NCBI GenBank assembly: GCA_037308085.1
Contig: CP147779.1
Span: 928,001 to 992,000, forward strand
Origin: Promethearchaeati archaeon SRVP18_Atabeyarchaeia-1
GTDB taxonomy: Archaea; Asgardarchaeota; Atabeyarchaeia; Atabeyarchaeales; Atabeyarchaeaceae
Reading direction: 5' to 3'
DNA length: 64,000 bases
How positions within the stretch are numbered: position 1 is the first letter of the stretch; every line of letters begins with the position of its first letter. Position numbers and translations under genes: made by a program. This document shows positions 40,969-52,015 of the stretch, piece after piece. The notes under the pieces were generated by a model that ran no database searches, was not told where the DNA came from, and saw nothing but the letters and a program-made list of their open reading frames with translations.

Positions 40969-41910
40969 TTGCTCGTCACAGCGCTCAGTGGCGGGGTCGG
41001 AGGCGCCAAACTAGTTCTAGGGCTGTCCAAGATCCTGAAACCGGGAGAGCTAACAGTCATAGTCAATACTGGAGACGATTTCAAACTCTTTGGGCTGCAC
41101 ATCTCCCCCGACCTTGATATAGTAATGTACACCCTTGCCGGAATTGTCGATGAGCAGAAGGGGTGGGGGATCAAAACTGACACATTCAACACGCTTGACG
41201 CCCTAAATGGAAACTACGGGTTGGAGAAGTGGTTTAATCTAGGAGATAAGGACATGGCCACTCATCTGTACCGAACGTCATTGCTCGCTCAAGGTCATAG
41301 CCTCTCAGATGCGACAGCGACAATCTGCTCAGCACTTGGAGTGAAAGGCATAAGAATACTGCCAATGACCGATGACACCGTGCAAACGATGGTCAAGATA
41401 CCGGGCGGCAGGACAATCCACTTCCAAGAATACTTCGTTAAACGCGGATGCAGTGACAGTGTGGCAGGAGTATCGTACAGTGGTTCGAAGACAGCGCGCC
41501 CGGCAAGGGGAGTACTTGAAAGCCTGCGGAAAGCTGACAAGATAATAATATGCCCAAGCAACCCAATCGCCTCCATAGGACCCATGCTGTCAATTCATGG
41601 AATATATCAGGCTCTGAGAAAGGTCAACTGTCCCATCATCGCCGTCAGCCCGATAGTAAAGGGGAGACCTGTGAAGGGACCTGCAGACAAGTTCATGAAA
41701 GGTGCGAAGCTCGACGTCTCTGCCACTGGCATAGCCAAATACTATAAACGATTCTTAGACTATCTCGTAATAGACGAATCAGATGCAGAACTCAGCGACG
41801 AGATAAGATCAATTGGGCTAAAGGCGATCGTTACAAATACAGTTATGAGGACCTTAGAGGAAAAGGTTGAATTGGCAAGGACCCTTCTGAGAGTAGGAAG
41901 TGAGAACTGA
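40969..41910 (+). CDS. cofD: 2-phospho-L-lactate transferase (F420 biosynthesis)
   Basis: [35 protein letters not shown]. Confidence 0.92.
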   Translation: MLVTALSGGVGGAKLVLGLSKILKPGELTVIVNTGDDFKLFGLHISPDLDIVMYTLAGIVDEQKGWGIKTDTFNTLDALNGNYGLEKWFNLGDKDMATHLYRTSLLAQGHSLSDATATICSALGVKGIRILPMTDDTVQTMVKIPGGRTIHFQEYFVKRGCSDSVAGVSYSGSKTARPARGVLESLRKADKIIICPSNPIASIGPMLSIHGIYQALRKVNCPIIAVSPIVKGRPVKGPADKFMKGAKLDVSATGIAKYYKRFLDYLVIDESDAELSDEIRSIGLKAIVTNTVMRTLEEKVELARTLLRVGSEN

Positions 41911-42572
41911 TTCTGCGTGCAGACATTGTCATACCAGTTAAGAGATTATCGGAGTCCAAGACCAGACTTTCAGAGATTCTCAGCTTAGATCACCGAAAAA
42001 TCCTAGTTCTCACAATGCTAGAAGATGTGGTGAATGCTATCAGTGAATCGAGCTTGGTCGAACGGACAACCATTTTGACTCCTGACAAGCAGGTCATGGA
42101 CCATGCTGCCGCACTGGGCGTAATGACCATGGCTGACCAGACCGAGCAAGGCATCAATGAATCTATTGCGATTGCGACGAAGTACGAGATCGAGGAAAGG
42201 AGTGGCATTCCTCTCTTGGTCTTACCTGTAGATGTCCCCTTGGTTAGATCGAGCACAATTGATGCCATAGTAAGAAAAGTCGATAGATCGCATGGATCCC
42301 TCGTCGTGATTTCGCCTTCAGCAACTAAGGGGACAAATGCGTTGCTTAGGAACCCACCAGATCTGATCCCTACTCGCTACGGCGCCAACAGTTTCGGGGC
42401 TCACGTTCAGGAAGCTGAGAGAAAGGGGATCCACCTGGAGATCTACCGTTCTGAGGACTTGGAGATTGATCTCGACACGCCACGTGATCTTTACGAGATT
42501 CTGAGGAAAGGAGATTCCACTAAGACCGCAACCTACCTGCAAGGTATTCTTCGAAATAGGGTGGACCAATAG
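41907..42572 (+). CDS. cofC: 2-phospho-L-lactate guanylyltransferase
   Basis: IPVK..SKTRL upstream of ORF 42015 in the same frame; GTNAL, YG.NSF..H, DLDTP.DL; CTG start inferred. Confidence 0.88.
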   Translation: MILRADIVIPVKRLSESKTRLSEILSLDHRKILVLTMLEDVVNAISESSLVERTTILTPDKQVMDHAAALGVMTMADQTEQGINESIAIATKYEIEERSGIPLLVLPVDVPLVRSSTIDAIVRKVDRSHGSLVVISPSATKGTNALLRNPPDLIPTRYGANSFGAHVQEAERKGIHLEIYRSEDLEIDLDTPRDLYEILRKGDSTKTATYLQGILRNRVDQ

Positions 42573-42585
42573 TAGAGTTGAGGCA

Positions 42586-43608
42586 TTAGGTGAACATTGA
42601 TGATACGTCGAAGTTCTCGTCTGCTCGCCTGAAACCCAACTTGGGGCTCTGGCTCGTGCTATTGTTCTCGAGGATACCCTGACCATTCTTGACTCTGTCT
42701 AGCACTTCGTAACCTAGTATGTAGAGGGCATTGATTACGGGGGTTGCTGATGAGACGCCAACTTCTCCGCATAGCTCAACTACGTAGCTCATAAGAGTCT
42801 CTTTCCCGTCGTCTATGAAGAAGGTCTTTCCAAAACCATCAATGGCGGCCTCTATAACGTTGGCTTGAGCAGGGTTTGCGCTGTGTGAGAATCTTCCCAC
42901 CAAGCCCAAAGAGGCCTGTCTAATGTCATGGAAAACGCCGTAGGTTCTAATTACACAGCCCGGGACAAGCTTCCTGACTTTCCAATCACTCAAGATCTGC
43001 TTTGTCGAAGTGAAGACGGCAGCTATGTCTCTAATCCTCTCAAGCTTCCCAACTTCTCCTTCATCTAAAGCAGCAGTCTTGCCAATCGGAACAGACAGTT
43101 TGATTCTCTCTCCAATGCTGCTTCTCCAATGAGGAGAGGAGGGGTAGCATGTAACGTCATCTATTGCCGGCGTGTTGACGTAAAGCATGGTGGGCCTAAT
43201 CGATCTGTAGAATTCCTCGTAGGAAGCTTTGGTGAGACTGTCAGTGTCTATGCCACCATACTGCTTGAGAGATGCCCTGGTTTCTTCACTTGCCTCAATT
43301 GATTTCGCAGCATCGTGACCCTTTTCAGTGAACTGCACAACATGGTAGCCGCGGAATTTCTCATCGGAAATCCGACGGATCTGCACGTATCCCTTTTGGC
43401 TGAGCTCGGTCAAGGTGTCCATGCAGTCGGTGCTGAAGGGCCCTCTAAGGTACGGCGCAAATGTGAACTTGCCTTCGTCGGCGATTGCCCCCCTGTGCTG
43501 AAAAAGGAAAATTAGTTTCTGGAGTCTTTTTATTCCTCTGATCTGTCCGCTGAAGCATTTCAATACTAATAGAAGAGTCATCTCTTGGGGGCTGAAAATA
43601 TCATTCAT
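42586..43608 (-). CDS. SocA/Panacea(YwgA)-like winged-helix domain fused to an unknown beta-rich domain
   Basis: G.KRLQKLIFL, F.PYLRGPFS..L..L...G; C-terminal half unrecognised. Confidence 0.6.
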   Translation of the reverse strand: MNDIFSPQEMTLLLVLKCFSGQIRGIKRLQKLIFLFQHRGAIADEGKFTFAPYLRGPFSTDCMDTLTELSQKGYVQIRRISDEKFRGYHVVQFTEKGHDAAKSIEASEETRASLKQYGGIDTDSLTKASYEEFYRSIRPTMLYVNTPAIDDVTCYPSSPHWRSSIGERIKLSVPIGKTAALDEGEVGKLERIRDIAAVFTSTKQILSDWKVRKLVPGCVIRTYGVFHDIRQASLGLVGRFSHSANPAQANVIEAAIDGFGKTFFIDDGKETLMSYVVELCGEVGVSSATPVINALYILGYEVLDRVKNGQGILENNSTSQSPKLGFRRADENFDVSSMFT

Positions 43609-43719
43609 TTTAGCATCGCTCTGGGGCTCCGTTGGTGGTTTGTGTCATATGGAAGGTATTTAAACTGCCCTATCGCGATGCCCATCGTCTGACGCGGGTG
43701 GAAGAATCCATCAAGTTGT

Positions 43720-44625
43720 TTATCTCTTGATTCCTCTTGCTATGGCAGGGGCAGCGCTGACGTAACTGATTACGGAGGGTATGGTGTCCGATCCAACAAC
43801 CATCTCTGCTCCGGCCTCGTACACTTTCATTAAGGCATTCTCTACTAGGACGGGATGGCTAGTCGCAACGTAGACTTTGTTAACGCCATTTCTCTTAAGA
43901 ACATTTACAGCCTGCACTATTGTTCCACCTGTCGATATTATGTCGTCTATTATCAGAGCGTCTCTTCCCTTCAGTGAAAGCTCGCGAGGTTTTATTTCAA
44001 CTTCACCGAACTTCCCGCCTTCGTCTGAGGTGACTCTATGTTTCTCAAGAACATCATAGTCTGCCTCCAGTTCCTTAGCGGCTACCCTCGCCCACTGCTC
44101 CGCCTCCTCATCGGGTCCTATGACTGCGGGATTCTTCATTTTAACAGTTTGCTTTATGTATCTCGCCAAATCGGGAACGACTGTCAGGTTGGTTGAAGGA
44201 ATTTTGAAGAGTTCTGAGATGCTGCCGATTCTGTGAAGGTGCAAATCGACAGTGTACACCTCACTTGTTCCGACCGACTCGATCATGTTGCATACTGTTT
44301 TCAGCGAGAATGCTTCCCCTGGATTGAAGCGCCCGTCCTGTCTTGCGTAGGCGAAATAGGGGATTATTCCCCTGACCTTGGAAGCGCCCAGATCTCTCAA
44401 GTTGTCGACTATAAGGAAGTACTCCAGAAGGAAATCATCCGGTTGCATATACATCGACTGAACAAAGTTGACAACTTTCCCTTCAACATCTCCTAGGACG
44501 CGTATGTATCTCTCGCCATCAGGGAACTTTTTGAGATCAAGCTTTAGAAGAGGGATGCCTGACTCTCTGGCGAGTTTCAAAGCGAATACTTGGGCAGATG
44601 ACCCGCCAATAACGACTTCTTCCAT
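43720..44625 (-). CDS. prs: Ribose-phosphate pyrophosphokinase
   Basis: FPDGE.YIR, PYFAYARQD, IIDDIISTGGT. Confidence 0.93.
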   Translation of the reverse strand: MEEVVIGGSSAQVFALKLARESGIPLLKLDLKKFPDGERYIRVLGDVEGKVVNFVQSMYMQPDDFLLEYFLIVDNLRDLGASKVRGIIPYFAYARQDGRFNPGEAFSLKTVCNMIESVGTSEVYTVDLHLHRIGSISELFKIPSTNLTVVPDLARYIKQTVKMKNPAVIGPDEEAEQWARVAAKELEADYDVLEKHRVTSDEGGKFGEVEIKPRELSLKGRDALIIDDIISTGGTIVQAVNVLKRNGVNKVYVATSHPVLVENALMKVYEAGAEMVVGSDTIPSVISYVSAAPAIARGIKR

Positions 44626-44710
44626 GATTGAACACACACTCTATAAGATCCCTGTTTTTTCAGAAATAGTCTAGCCTGGGAACTAAATAAAAATCTTCTG
44701 TGTTTCCTGC

Positions 44711-45664
44711 CTAGCTTGTGTCTCTCCATGATTCGAGAGCCTTATCAAGAGCCTGCTTGTCTGGGCTGCAGCGGGTTTCAGCTTTCGAGGCCTTCAGCCC
44801 CCCCGCGATCGTGGCTCTCTCCAGAGACTGCGCCACGGAAAACCCCTGCGCCATTGAAGCAGAGAGTACACCTAGGAAGGCGTCTCCGCATCCAGTCGTA
44901 TTGACGACTTTCAAGCCGAGTTTCTCGAGTGGTAGTGCAGGCAGTCTCAAGGTCTCGCCGTCTCTTCCCGCGTAGGCGCACCCTTTCTCTCCGAGCTTGA
45001 CTATTACGCCCATATCTAAGTCGTGGTTCTTCAGCTTCCTCCTCACTTCTGAAGGATCGTCTGAGCCTGCGAATTGTTGGCTTTCCACAGAGTTCAACAC
45101 GAGAATAGATACGTTCCTCAGGACAGTCTTGAGCTTCTCTGCGCCAGCCTGAAGTTTCGTCCCCGCGTCATATAGAATAGTGGCGTCGTGTTCGGTTCCA
45201 AGGGCAGAGATTCTCTCAGCTGTGGACACGAGTGGGTCACTTATGGCAATCACCTTGCAGTCACTGATCGTCGCGAGGTTCTCCGGTCGGACAAGATCTT
45301 CGGGTAGAAGGTGATGGTTCGCCCCAAATAGGGTTTCTATGAAATTCGATCCGTTTCTGTCAATCGTGATATACGCTTGGCCTGATTCGATGCCTCGCAC
45401 AACTTTGATGTGAGAGACATCAATTCCTTCCTCGGCAAGGGTCTCGACCTGCCCCCTCCCAATGTCGTCAGTCCCCACGGCTCCGAATACTGCAACCCTG
45501 TTTCGGTGGGATACCCTCGCAGCTGCGACCGCGGTGTTTGCAGCTTTGCCTCCCGGAACCCTGGTGACTTGCCTTACCGTTACCTCCTCCCCGACGACCG
45601 GGAAATTATCCACCCATATGTTGATGTCCCAGTTGATTGCCCCTATGGTGATCACTTCGATCAA
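44711..45664 (-). CDS. PfkB-family kinase (ribokinase-like)
   Basis: PGGKAAN.A, G.VG.D..G, NTTGCGDAF. Confidence 0.88.
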   Translation of the reverse strand: MIEVITIGAINWDINIWVDNFPVVGEEVTVRQVTRVPGGKAANTAVAAARVSHRNRVAVFGAVGTDDIGRGQVETLAEEGIDVSHIKVVRGIESGQAYITIDRNGSNFIETLFGANHHLLPEDLVRPENLATISDCKVIAISDPLVSTAERISALGTEHDATILYDAGTKLQAGAEKLKTVLRNVSILVLNSVESQQFAGSDDPSEVRRKLKNHDLDMGVIVKLGEKGCAYAGRDGETLRLPALPLEKLGLKVVNTTGCGDAFLGVLSASMAQGFSVAQSLERATIAGGLKASKAETRCSPDKQALDKALESWRDTS

Positions 45665-45886
45665 TTACGTCACTCCTCCAGGCATTCATACTTGGGTCGC
45701 GTGACTGAAATAGGTTTCCAAAGCACGGATGCCTTGACCCGTAAGCTCGTCGGCGCCGGCCAAAAGCAAAAAAACGGCAACTTCGAAGTTGTTGTACCCC
45801 TAAGCGAAAGTATTTAACGGACGATGGTTCAGAGTTCATTGCCATAATGCCAGCTTGCAGCGCGGACTCCTGGAACCCCCGTACAT

Positions 45887-46708
45887 ATGGCGCCAACCAG
45901 ATTCCAAGGGGGGTTAGTACAAATTCCATATGAAAAGCATCTGAGCAGCAACAATGTCGAACTCCTCCTGATCGATATGGATGGAACTCTTGGCTTTTCC
46001 TTGATTCCAGAGGAGCAGGCCATTTCGGCTGCAATAAAGTGGATCTCAGATGAAGTCACCAAGTTGGCTGGGCTCCCAGTCAGCGAGGAAGAAGTTAAAC
46101 AGATCTACAAGCAGACAAAACTCAAGCAGTACAAGTTGTACCCGCTTCAGACACGTAGACATGACAAGACTCTCCGCTTCACGCTCCTGCTGGAAGACAT
46201 CTCGCGTGTCAAGCGAATAAAGATCCCCAGGAAAATGGTTGAAGACGCCATGAAGATATATTGGCAGGTTTTTGAGAGAAACGCCGCGGCCTATCCAGGC
46301 ACTCATTCGACGCTTGAAGCCTTGAAACAGCGTCACAGGATTGTCGTGATAACGAATAATGGAAAAGTCGAAGGTGAGAAGAAGCGCAGGATCTTCGGTC
46401 TGGAGCCTGACAAGCACTACGACCTATTCATAACATCCGATGAGCTCGGAGGGACCTGCAAGCCATCAGAAGCATACTTTGACAGAGTCTTGAAACGGAT
46501 AAAGTCATCATTACAGCTAGACGTGCCTCCTGAAAGAATCATCGTTATTGGGGACGACCCTGCCGGGGATATAACCCTAGCAAACATGTGCGGAGTCCAG
46601 AGCATCAGGGTGAAGAAAGACCTCCACTCAACAGAAGAGCCGAAGAACGACCTGGAAAAAGCTTCCAGAGAAATCAACGAAGTAGACGAGTTGCTAGAGA
46701 TTCTCTGA
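45887..46708 (+). CDS. HAD-family hydrolase
   Basis: DMDGTL, ITN, KP, IGDD..GDI; start uncertain. Confidence 0.85.
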   Translation: MAPTRFQGGLVQIPYEKHLSSNNVELLLIDMDGTLGFSLIPEEQAISAAIKWISDEVTKLAGLPVSEEEVKQIYKQTKLKQYKLYPLQTRRHDKTLRFTLLLEDISRVKRIKIPRKMVEDAMKIYWQVFERNAAAYPGTHSTLEALKQRHRIVVITNNGKVEGEKKRRIFGLEPDKHYDLFITSDELGGTCKPSEAYFDRVLKRIKSSLQLDVPPERIIVIGDDPAGDITLANMCGVQSIRVKKDLHSTEEPKNDLEKASREINEVDELLEIL

Positions 46709-46835
46709 ACACGCCTAGGTACCTGGTAGCTTCTTGGGTTGTCCTCTTAAGCGAGATTCCAAAAAAATTGTTGAGGAAAGGCTGGATTCGCTCTTTTCCT
46801 CCAATCAACTACAGCCATACCTTAGGTTTGACCCT

Positions 46836-47321
46836 CTACCTTCTTGGTGGTCTTCTTCCGCGACCTCGTCCGCCGCGGTCATCTAGGTCTCTGTAAAGTG
46901 GTCTGAACCTCGGCTTGAAATCTCTGCCGCCACCGCCACCAAAGCGTCTCGGCTGCTGCTCCACAACCCTCTCCGACAGATTGTTCTCGGTGTTTACGTT
47001 TGCAATCTCAGCGTTGCTGTCTGAGATCTGACCAAACCTTCCAATGTTCAACCTCATGGAGCCCTTGAAAACTGAGACATAGCCGTTCTTTATGTCAACG
47101 TTCTTGCCTTCGGAGACCTTGCCGATAGCGTCGTCCCAAAGCGTCAAGAGAATTGATCCAGAGTCGTCACCAACCAGAGCTTCGGTGACTTTGTGTGTCG
47201 AACCATCAGCTCTGGAGCTGACTTCCCTGGGCTGGCTCACGTTGGAAACATGAACCACCACGTTTACTTGCCTAGAGCGCTCGTTGAGTTCGCTTACCTT
47301 CATGCTTCTTTCTTCAACCAA
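46836..47321 (-). CDS. ssb: Single OB-fold SSB with G/R-rich tail
   Basis: VGDDSGSI.LTLW, NGYV..F.G.MRLNIGRFG, NNLS; disordered RG tail. Confidence 0.88.
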   Translation of the reverse strand: MVEERSMKVSELNERSRQVNVVVHVSNVSQPREVSSRADGSTHKVTEALVGDDSGSILLTLWDDAIGKVSEGKNVDIKNGYVSVFKGSMRLNIGRFGQISDSNAEIANVNTENNLSERVVEQQPRRFGGGGGRDFKPRFRPLYRDLDDRGGRGRGRRPPRR

Positions 47322-47645
47322 TGCTAAGATCCTTCTTGCTAAACAGCTTGCTTCTCCTCTTGTCTACCGACCAGCTACTCATAACAAAACGAGTCCGGTG
47401 GTTTGAAAAACAACTCCCTTAACGAATATTTAAACGTGTCGCGTATGATCATTCTCTTCTCGACGATTCTGATGGCTACTCATCGCTGCCTCCACCGATC
47501 CTGATGTTCTCCCATTGCGAATTGAACGTGAATCTTGCGATGTTCCCATTGATAACAACAACCTAAATATGCAGACAGTTCGAAGTATCATTGAACTAGG
47601 CAACCATTTGAAGTCTACATCGGAAATGACGGGGAGAAGAATACC

Positions 47646-49037
47646 ATGGCAAAGTGGGACGGGTTAGCGATAAGGCGTCTGGCGACCTTTGCATTTATCT
47701 CAATGATTCTCTTGGTCTCCATAGTTCCGGTTGTACAGACAAGTAACGGGTCCCTAAATCCTCAGACTGCTAACACGGGTGCAAACACCGGAGTTTCTCC
47801 AAGCCCTTCGTCATTCTCAATAGCCTCACAGAAGTCTCCTTCTCCAAAAGAAGAGAAAGTGATCGTAGTTCGGGCAGTGTTCCCAGACCACCCCTCCTTC
47901 GCTGACGTGAACGCCATGAGTTCACTGTTTGTGGGCGGGGTTAAGAGCTACTACCAAGAGGTCTCCTACAACCAAGTCTACTTAAACACGACGTTCATAA
48001 GCAAGCCCTACCCGATGAGCCAGAACGAAGCGGACTACATACCTGGAAATGGATTAGAACTCCTTGTTCGAGAGGCTTTGACTGATGCGCTGGCTGACGT
48101 TAATGCCTTAGGAGGGTACCAGATCTTTAAGCACATCGTTATCGTACACAGTGGACCGGATCAAGCTGCGACTGGCAATCCGTCTGACATTATATCGGAG
48201 TTCATTTACAGTATGAACCTGTTTGTGGGCGGCGTTAAGATCACGAATGCTTGTATGGTATCTGAGAGCGATCCTCTTGGTGTTGTTGTTCATGAACTTG
48301 GTCACAGTCAGGGCTTGCCTGATCTCTATAATTATGCCACCTCGGGCATTGACAACTTCGTCGGTGAATGGGATTTGATGGCCACGGGTTCTTGGAGCCC
48401 TGGTGGGCAGGGAAGTTCTCCAACTCATTTGACAACGTGGTGTAAGATCGAACTGGGCTGGATTGGGCTAACGCAGATCGTCAATTTGAATCAGTCATGG
48501 ATAGGCAGCGGGCACAATGCAACAGTATTCCTGGATCCTCAGGAGCTGCTTGGGAATACGCTGGCAATAAAGATACTGCTGAACAATGGTACGTTTTACT
48601 TGGTAGAGGCTAGGATGATGGTGGGATACGACGTATCGATTCCCGCGAACGGTGTTCTCGTACTTTTCTGCGACAATTCAAAGCAGAGCGGTCACGGCAT
48701 AGTCAGAGTCATGAGCGCCAACCCGCCCAGCTTGGGTGCGGGGGCCGCATTCAACGTGGGCTGGTTTGCCCAACCCTTCTACGGAGACAAGCTCACTGAT
48801 ATAGGAGTTAAGGTGCAGAACAAGTGGAGCAATGGAACCTACAAGATATTCATCGGAACCTACAACGAAGCGCGTAGCGCGCCAGTAGAATATCAAGATA
48901 CGTCAATTCCACTCTTGGTTCTAGCGGGTTTCGTCTTTGCTCTCGTGATTATTGCAGTGACTGTCTACGTAAAGAAAGGAAGACAGAGAAACAGTAAGAC
49001 CGGATATGAGACCGTTCCCATGATAAAACTATCTTAG
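47646..49037 (+). CDS. Secreted, membrane-anchored M6 (immune inhibitor A-like) metalloprotease
   Basis: Signal peptide, HELGH..GLPDLY, WDLMA.GSW, C-terminal TM. Confidence 0.85.
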   Translation: MAKWDGLAIRRLATFAFISMILLVSIVPVVQTSNGSLNPQTANTGANTGVSPSPSSFSIASQKSPSPKEEKVIVVRAVFPDHPSFADVNAMSSLFVGGVKSYYQEVSYNQVYLNTTFISKPYPMSQNEADYIPGNGLELLVREALTDALADVNALGGYQIFKHIVIVHSGPDQAATGNPSDIISEFIYSMNLFVGGVKITNACMVSESDPLGVVVHELGHSQGLPDLYNYATSGIDNFVGEWDLMATGSWSPGGQGSSPTHLTTWCKIELGWIGLTQIVNLNQSWIGSGHNATVFLDPQELLGNTLAIKILLNNGTFYLVEARMMVGYDVSIPANGVLVLFCDNSKQSGHGIVRVMSANPPSLGAGAAFNVGWFAQPFYGDKLTDIGVKVQNKWSNGTYKIFIGTYNEARSAPVEYQDTSIPLLVLAGFVFALVIIAVTVYVKKGRQRNSKTGYETVPMIKLS

Positions 49038-49183
49038 GGACCAAGTTCCCTGGCTTGGAGCAACACAATTGTGAGTAGCGACAGACGAGCTGCTCCCCCT
49101 TCTACTATTTTTTGTCTCACTAAGGCGCTACGAGATAGCGAAGAGGCGATAGCCATTCTATGGGCCAGCCGCTCTCTGATTCC

Positions 49184-50470
49184 TCAGAGTCCTTGAAGTG
49201 GTGAGGACAAACCCCATTCCTTCAGGTTCTCGCTGACCTTCTCATCGATCTTCGACTTGGTGAGTCTTCTGATCTGGTTCGGCTTGTATGAGCCGATGTC
49301 TGTTAGGATTTCGGTGACGTTTTCCGGTGGCGTTACATCAAAGGCTGGGTTGTAAACCAAGACTCTGCCACTTTCCGGCTTACTGCCCTTCACCAACTTG
49401 TCGCTTGGCGGCCATTCGTCCAGTGCTTGCGCGGAGATAATCCCTCGCCGTTTCTTGTCCTCCGCCTCAAGCCTATACGGGTAAGTGAATTCCTCTATGT
49501 TCCTTACTTCAATTGGTATGTCCCTACCGCGCTCAGTGCCCAGGTCTATCGTGGAGTAGGACGTGCAGTAGTAGAAGGGAAGTCCATACTCGTGAAACAC
49601 TGATGCCGCATCCGCCGACCCGATCTTGTTCGCGACAGATCCATCCTTTGCGACTCTGTCCACTCCAAGCATAGCTTTATTCAATCCGTATTTCCGAATT
49701 GCGGCGTTTGTCATGCCATCAGTTATGGCAATAACTGGCAGACCGCAGCGCAGCGCCTCCCAGATGGTAATCTTGAAACCCTGAGATCTGGGTCTGGTCT
49801 CGTGGGAGACCAGCACGACGTCCACGCCATCAGCGTAGGCCTCTTCAATCCCGCATGTGGCATGAGCCCCATAGGAACCCGCTAGGCCGGCATTGCAGTG
49901 GTGGAGGATTACGTCGCCATTTTTCAGGTGCTTCCTAATTTCCTTCCTGGTGAAAGCGTTAAGCGCCAAGTCGGATGCCAGTATGTAGTCTGCCACGTCC
50001 CTTACGGCTTCAACGATACCATCGACTGTCATACCTTTGCTGAAAGCCCTCTCTGCCGCTTCCATCGCCAGGTTCACTGCCCAGGGTAATGGCTGCGCAG
50101 TCGGTCTTGCGTTTGCTATGAACTCTCCCTTGGGCTTGAGTTCCTCCATGAAACTCTGGGGAACTTTGGTTGCCTTCGCCGTGCTTACTGCAGCAAGGAG
50201 CATACAGTATCCACCCGCGACGCCGATGGCTTGGCTACCTCGAATTATCAGCTCCTTGATTCCAGGATCAGCTCCTTGTTTCCAGTCTTTTGTAGCCCAC
50301 GTTGTCACCTCGAAGGGGAGTTTTGTCTGATCTAGGTAAATGAGTTCCTCTTTCTCATGGTTATAGAATATCGTCAATGGTATGTGCGTCTTTTCATGAA
50401 CGTGGATCCCAACCGCTCCGTCATACTCCAAGCCGATCTTCCGAATCACGCCGTCAACGTCAATGGGCAA
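49184..50470 (-). CDS. mtnA: Methylthioribose-1-phosphate isomerase (eIF2B-like family), divergent
   Basis: LDQTKLP, RG..AIG, ARPT, HCNAG, ETRP, G.DR, NKIG, NPAFDVTP; TTG after GGAGG. Confidence 0.8.
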   Translation of the reverse strand: MPIDVDGVIRKIGLEYDGAVGIHVHEKTHIPLTIFYNHEKEELIYLDQTKLPFEVTTWATKDWKQGADPGIKELIIRGSQAIGVAGGYCMLLAAVSTAKATKVPQSFMEELKPKGEFIANARPTAQPLPWAVNLAMEAAERAFSKGMTVDGIVEAVRDVADYILASDLALNAFTRKEIRKHLKNGDVILHHCNAGLAGSYGAHATCGIEEAYADGVDVVLVSHETRPRSQGFKITIWEALRCGLPVIAITDGMTNAAIRKYGLNKAMLGVDRVAKDGSVANKIGSADAASVFHEYGLPFYYCTSYSTIDLGTERGRDIPIEVRNIEEFTYPYRLEAEDKKRRGIISAQALDEWPPSDKLVKGSKPESGRVLVYNPAFDVTPPENVTEILTDIGSYKPNQIRRLTKSKIDEKVSENLKEWGLSSPLQGL

Positions 50471-50670
50471 GTAGCTTATTCCTCCTTCATGAGTAAACCG
50501 AGCTGTACCGTGGGCAAACAAAACTAGTTCTCAGCATGGGTGCCAGCCTTAAGTTGATACTTGCACATTTCCTTTAAACCTTACGATCCACGGAAAAGAG
50601 AAAGTACTAGCCAACTAAGAGTCCATCATGAGCCAGTTCAGACACGCTAGGATGGAAGTGGCTTCTGCTG

Positions 50671-51765
50671 TTATTCCTTCTCGTCAGTCTTCTTTTTTTC
50701 GATTATAGGCTCTCCCAGAGCCAGTTCCTCTAGCTTCTTCAAGGCCTTCTCCAAGTCTTTTTCAAGTTCCCCTTCCACCACTTTAGCAAAAGTGTCAGAG
50801 TCAGAGACTATCGTCGTCCTCTTAGTCTTGTCATACGCCCCCTTAGCTAAGACATCGATTGCTTTCTCGGGCTCCCTCACAATTACCTCTTGTGTCTCCT
50901 TGGGCGCTGGTACTCCCTTCATTCTGACAAGCTTCTCCCCCATCTTCTTGATCCTTACAACTGGAGTAGATGTTGCAATCCCCTGCTTTACAGGTGCGAC
51001 AACATCTGTTAGCCTTCTTTTTTCTCTGAACGCTTCGAAAAGGATGTGAGAAATCGATAGTTCGCTTATTATGGATGCAGGCTTATCAAGCTCGAAGAGA
51101 AGATCATAGTTGTCATTGATGCTTTCAACTTCTTCTTCGGACTTCCCAGTACGGAGACCGTTCATGATCATCTCCGCTCTTTCGCGTGCCCTCTGCTTCT
51201 CGACGACAAACAATTTTGACGCATCAGTTGGGGTGAGCCCTGTGATCATAGTCGTGAAGAACACCGCGGTATCAGCTGTCGTAGCAAGGGGGTGGTAAGC
51301 TCTCCATTCGGTAACAATCGGCTGAATGAAGCCTTCAATAATCTCCTTGGACTTGTTCTGAAACTCCAAAGCCGCTTTCGGTCCCTCTCCAATTCTCTTC
51401 TCATCCAGTGCAAGCAGCTCAATTGCCTTGCCAACATAGGTGGAGAATATGGAGAGAAGAAACTTGTCCCACATCGCTTCCTTCTGGATCGAGGTCATTT
51501 CAACCGCGCTTATGTCCCCATAGAGACTCTCCATGAACCTGAGGTTTTCTTCGACATCGGCTCTCCCGCTGTCTTCGAACAGCTGCAGGATGTAAGCCTT
51601 CTGTGGCGCGGTTTGGAACTTTCTAGTAAGCTCCTCAAGCACTCTGCTTGGTATCGGCTCAAGCTGTATCGGCACCTCATCCAGCATGGACTCGGACTTT
51701 GCCTTTGCCGTTGATATCCTGCCGATTGCCAGCAACTCGTGCTTCAGACTGTCGTCGTCCTCCAT
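50671..51765 (-). CDS. Hypothetical helical, charged protein (364 aa)
   Basis: Long ORF with GAGG RBS; no recognised motif. Confidence 0.7.
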   Translation of the reverse strand: MEDDDSLKHELLAIGRISTAKAKSESMLDEVPIQLEPIPSRVLEELTRKFQTAPQKAYILQLFEDSGRADVEENLRFMESLYGDISAVEMTSIQKEAMWDKFLLSIFSTYVGKAIELLALDEKRIGEGPKAALEFQNKSKEIIEGFIQPIVTEWRAYHPLATTADTAVFFTTMITGLTPTDASKLFVVEKQRARERAEMIMNGLRTGKSEEEVESINDNYDLLFELDKPASIISELSISHILFEAFREKRRLTDVVAPVKQGIATSTPVVRIKKMGEKLVRMKGVPAPKETQEVIVREPEKAIDVLAKGAYDKTKRTTIVSDSDTFAKVVEGELEKDLEKALKKLEELALGEPIIEKKKTDEKE

Positions 51766-52015
51766 TGCATCCTCAACTTCTCACGCATTTTGTCAATTTG
51801 AATCTAGGTAATCTTCGCAGTATAGCCTTTTGCACGATTGGGATTACAATACACAGAAGGCATAATCATAAAATAAACACTACGCTCGTTGCTTATAAGT
51901 CGTACAACTGTTATTGTGAACTTCGGGGTTTGTTGATTTCTCATTTCCCTGAAAAAGAGGAGTTCTGGGAGGCAAGAATATACGCCCGTCGGCTATTCTC
52001 TGCCTCTCGTTCCAC

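Noticed and set aside
44000-44035. Short insertion in prs with a TCACC/GGTGA stem as an in-frame intron
   Set aside because: No central helix compatible with a BHB; likely a protein loop
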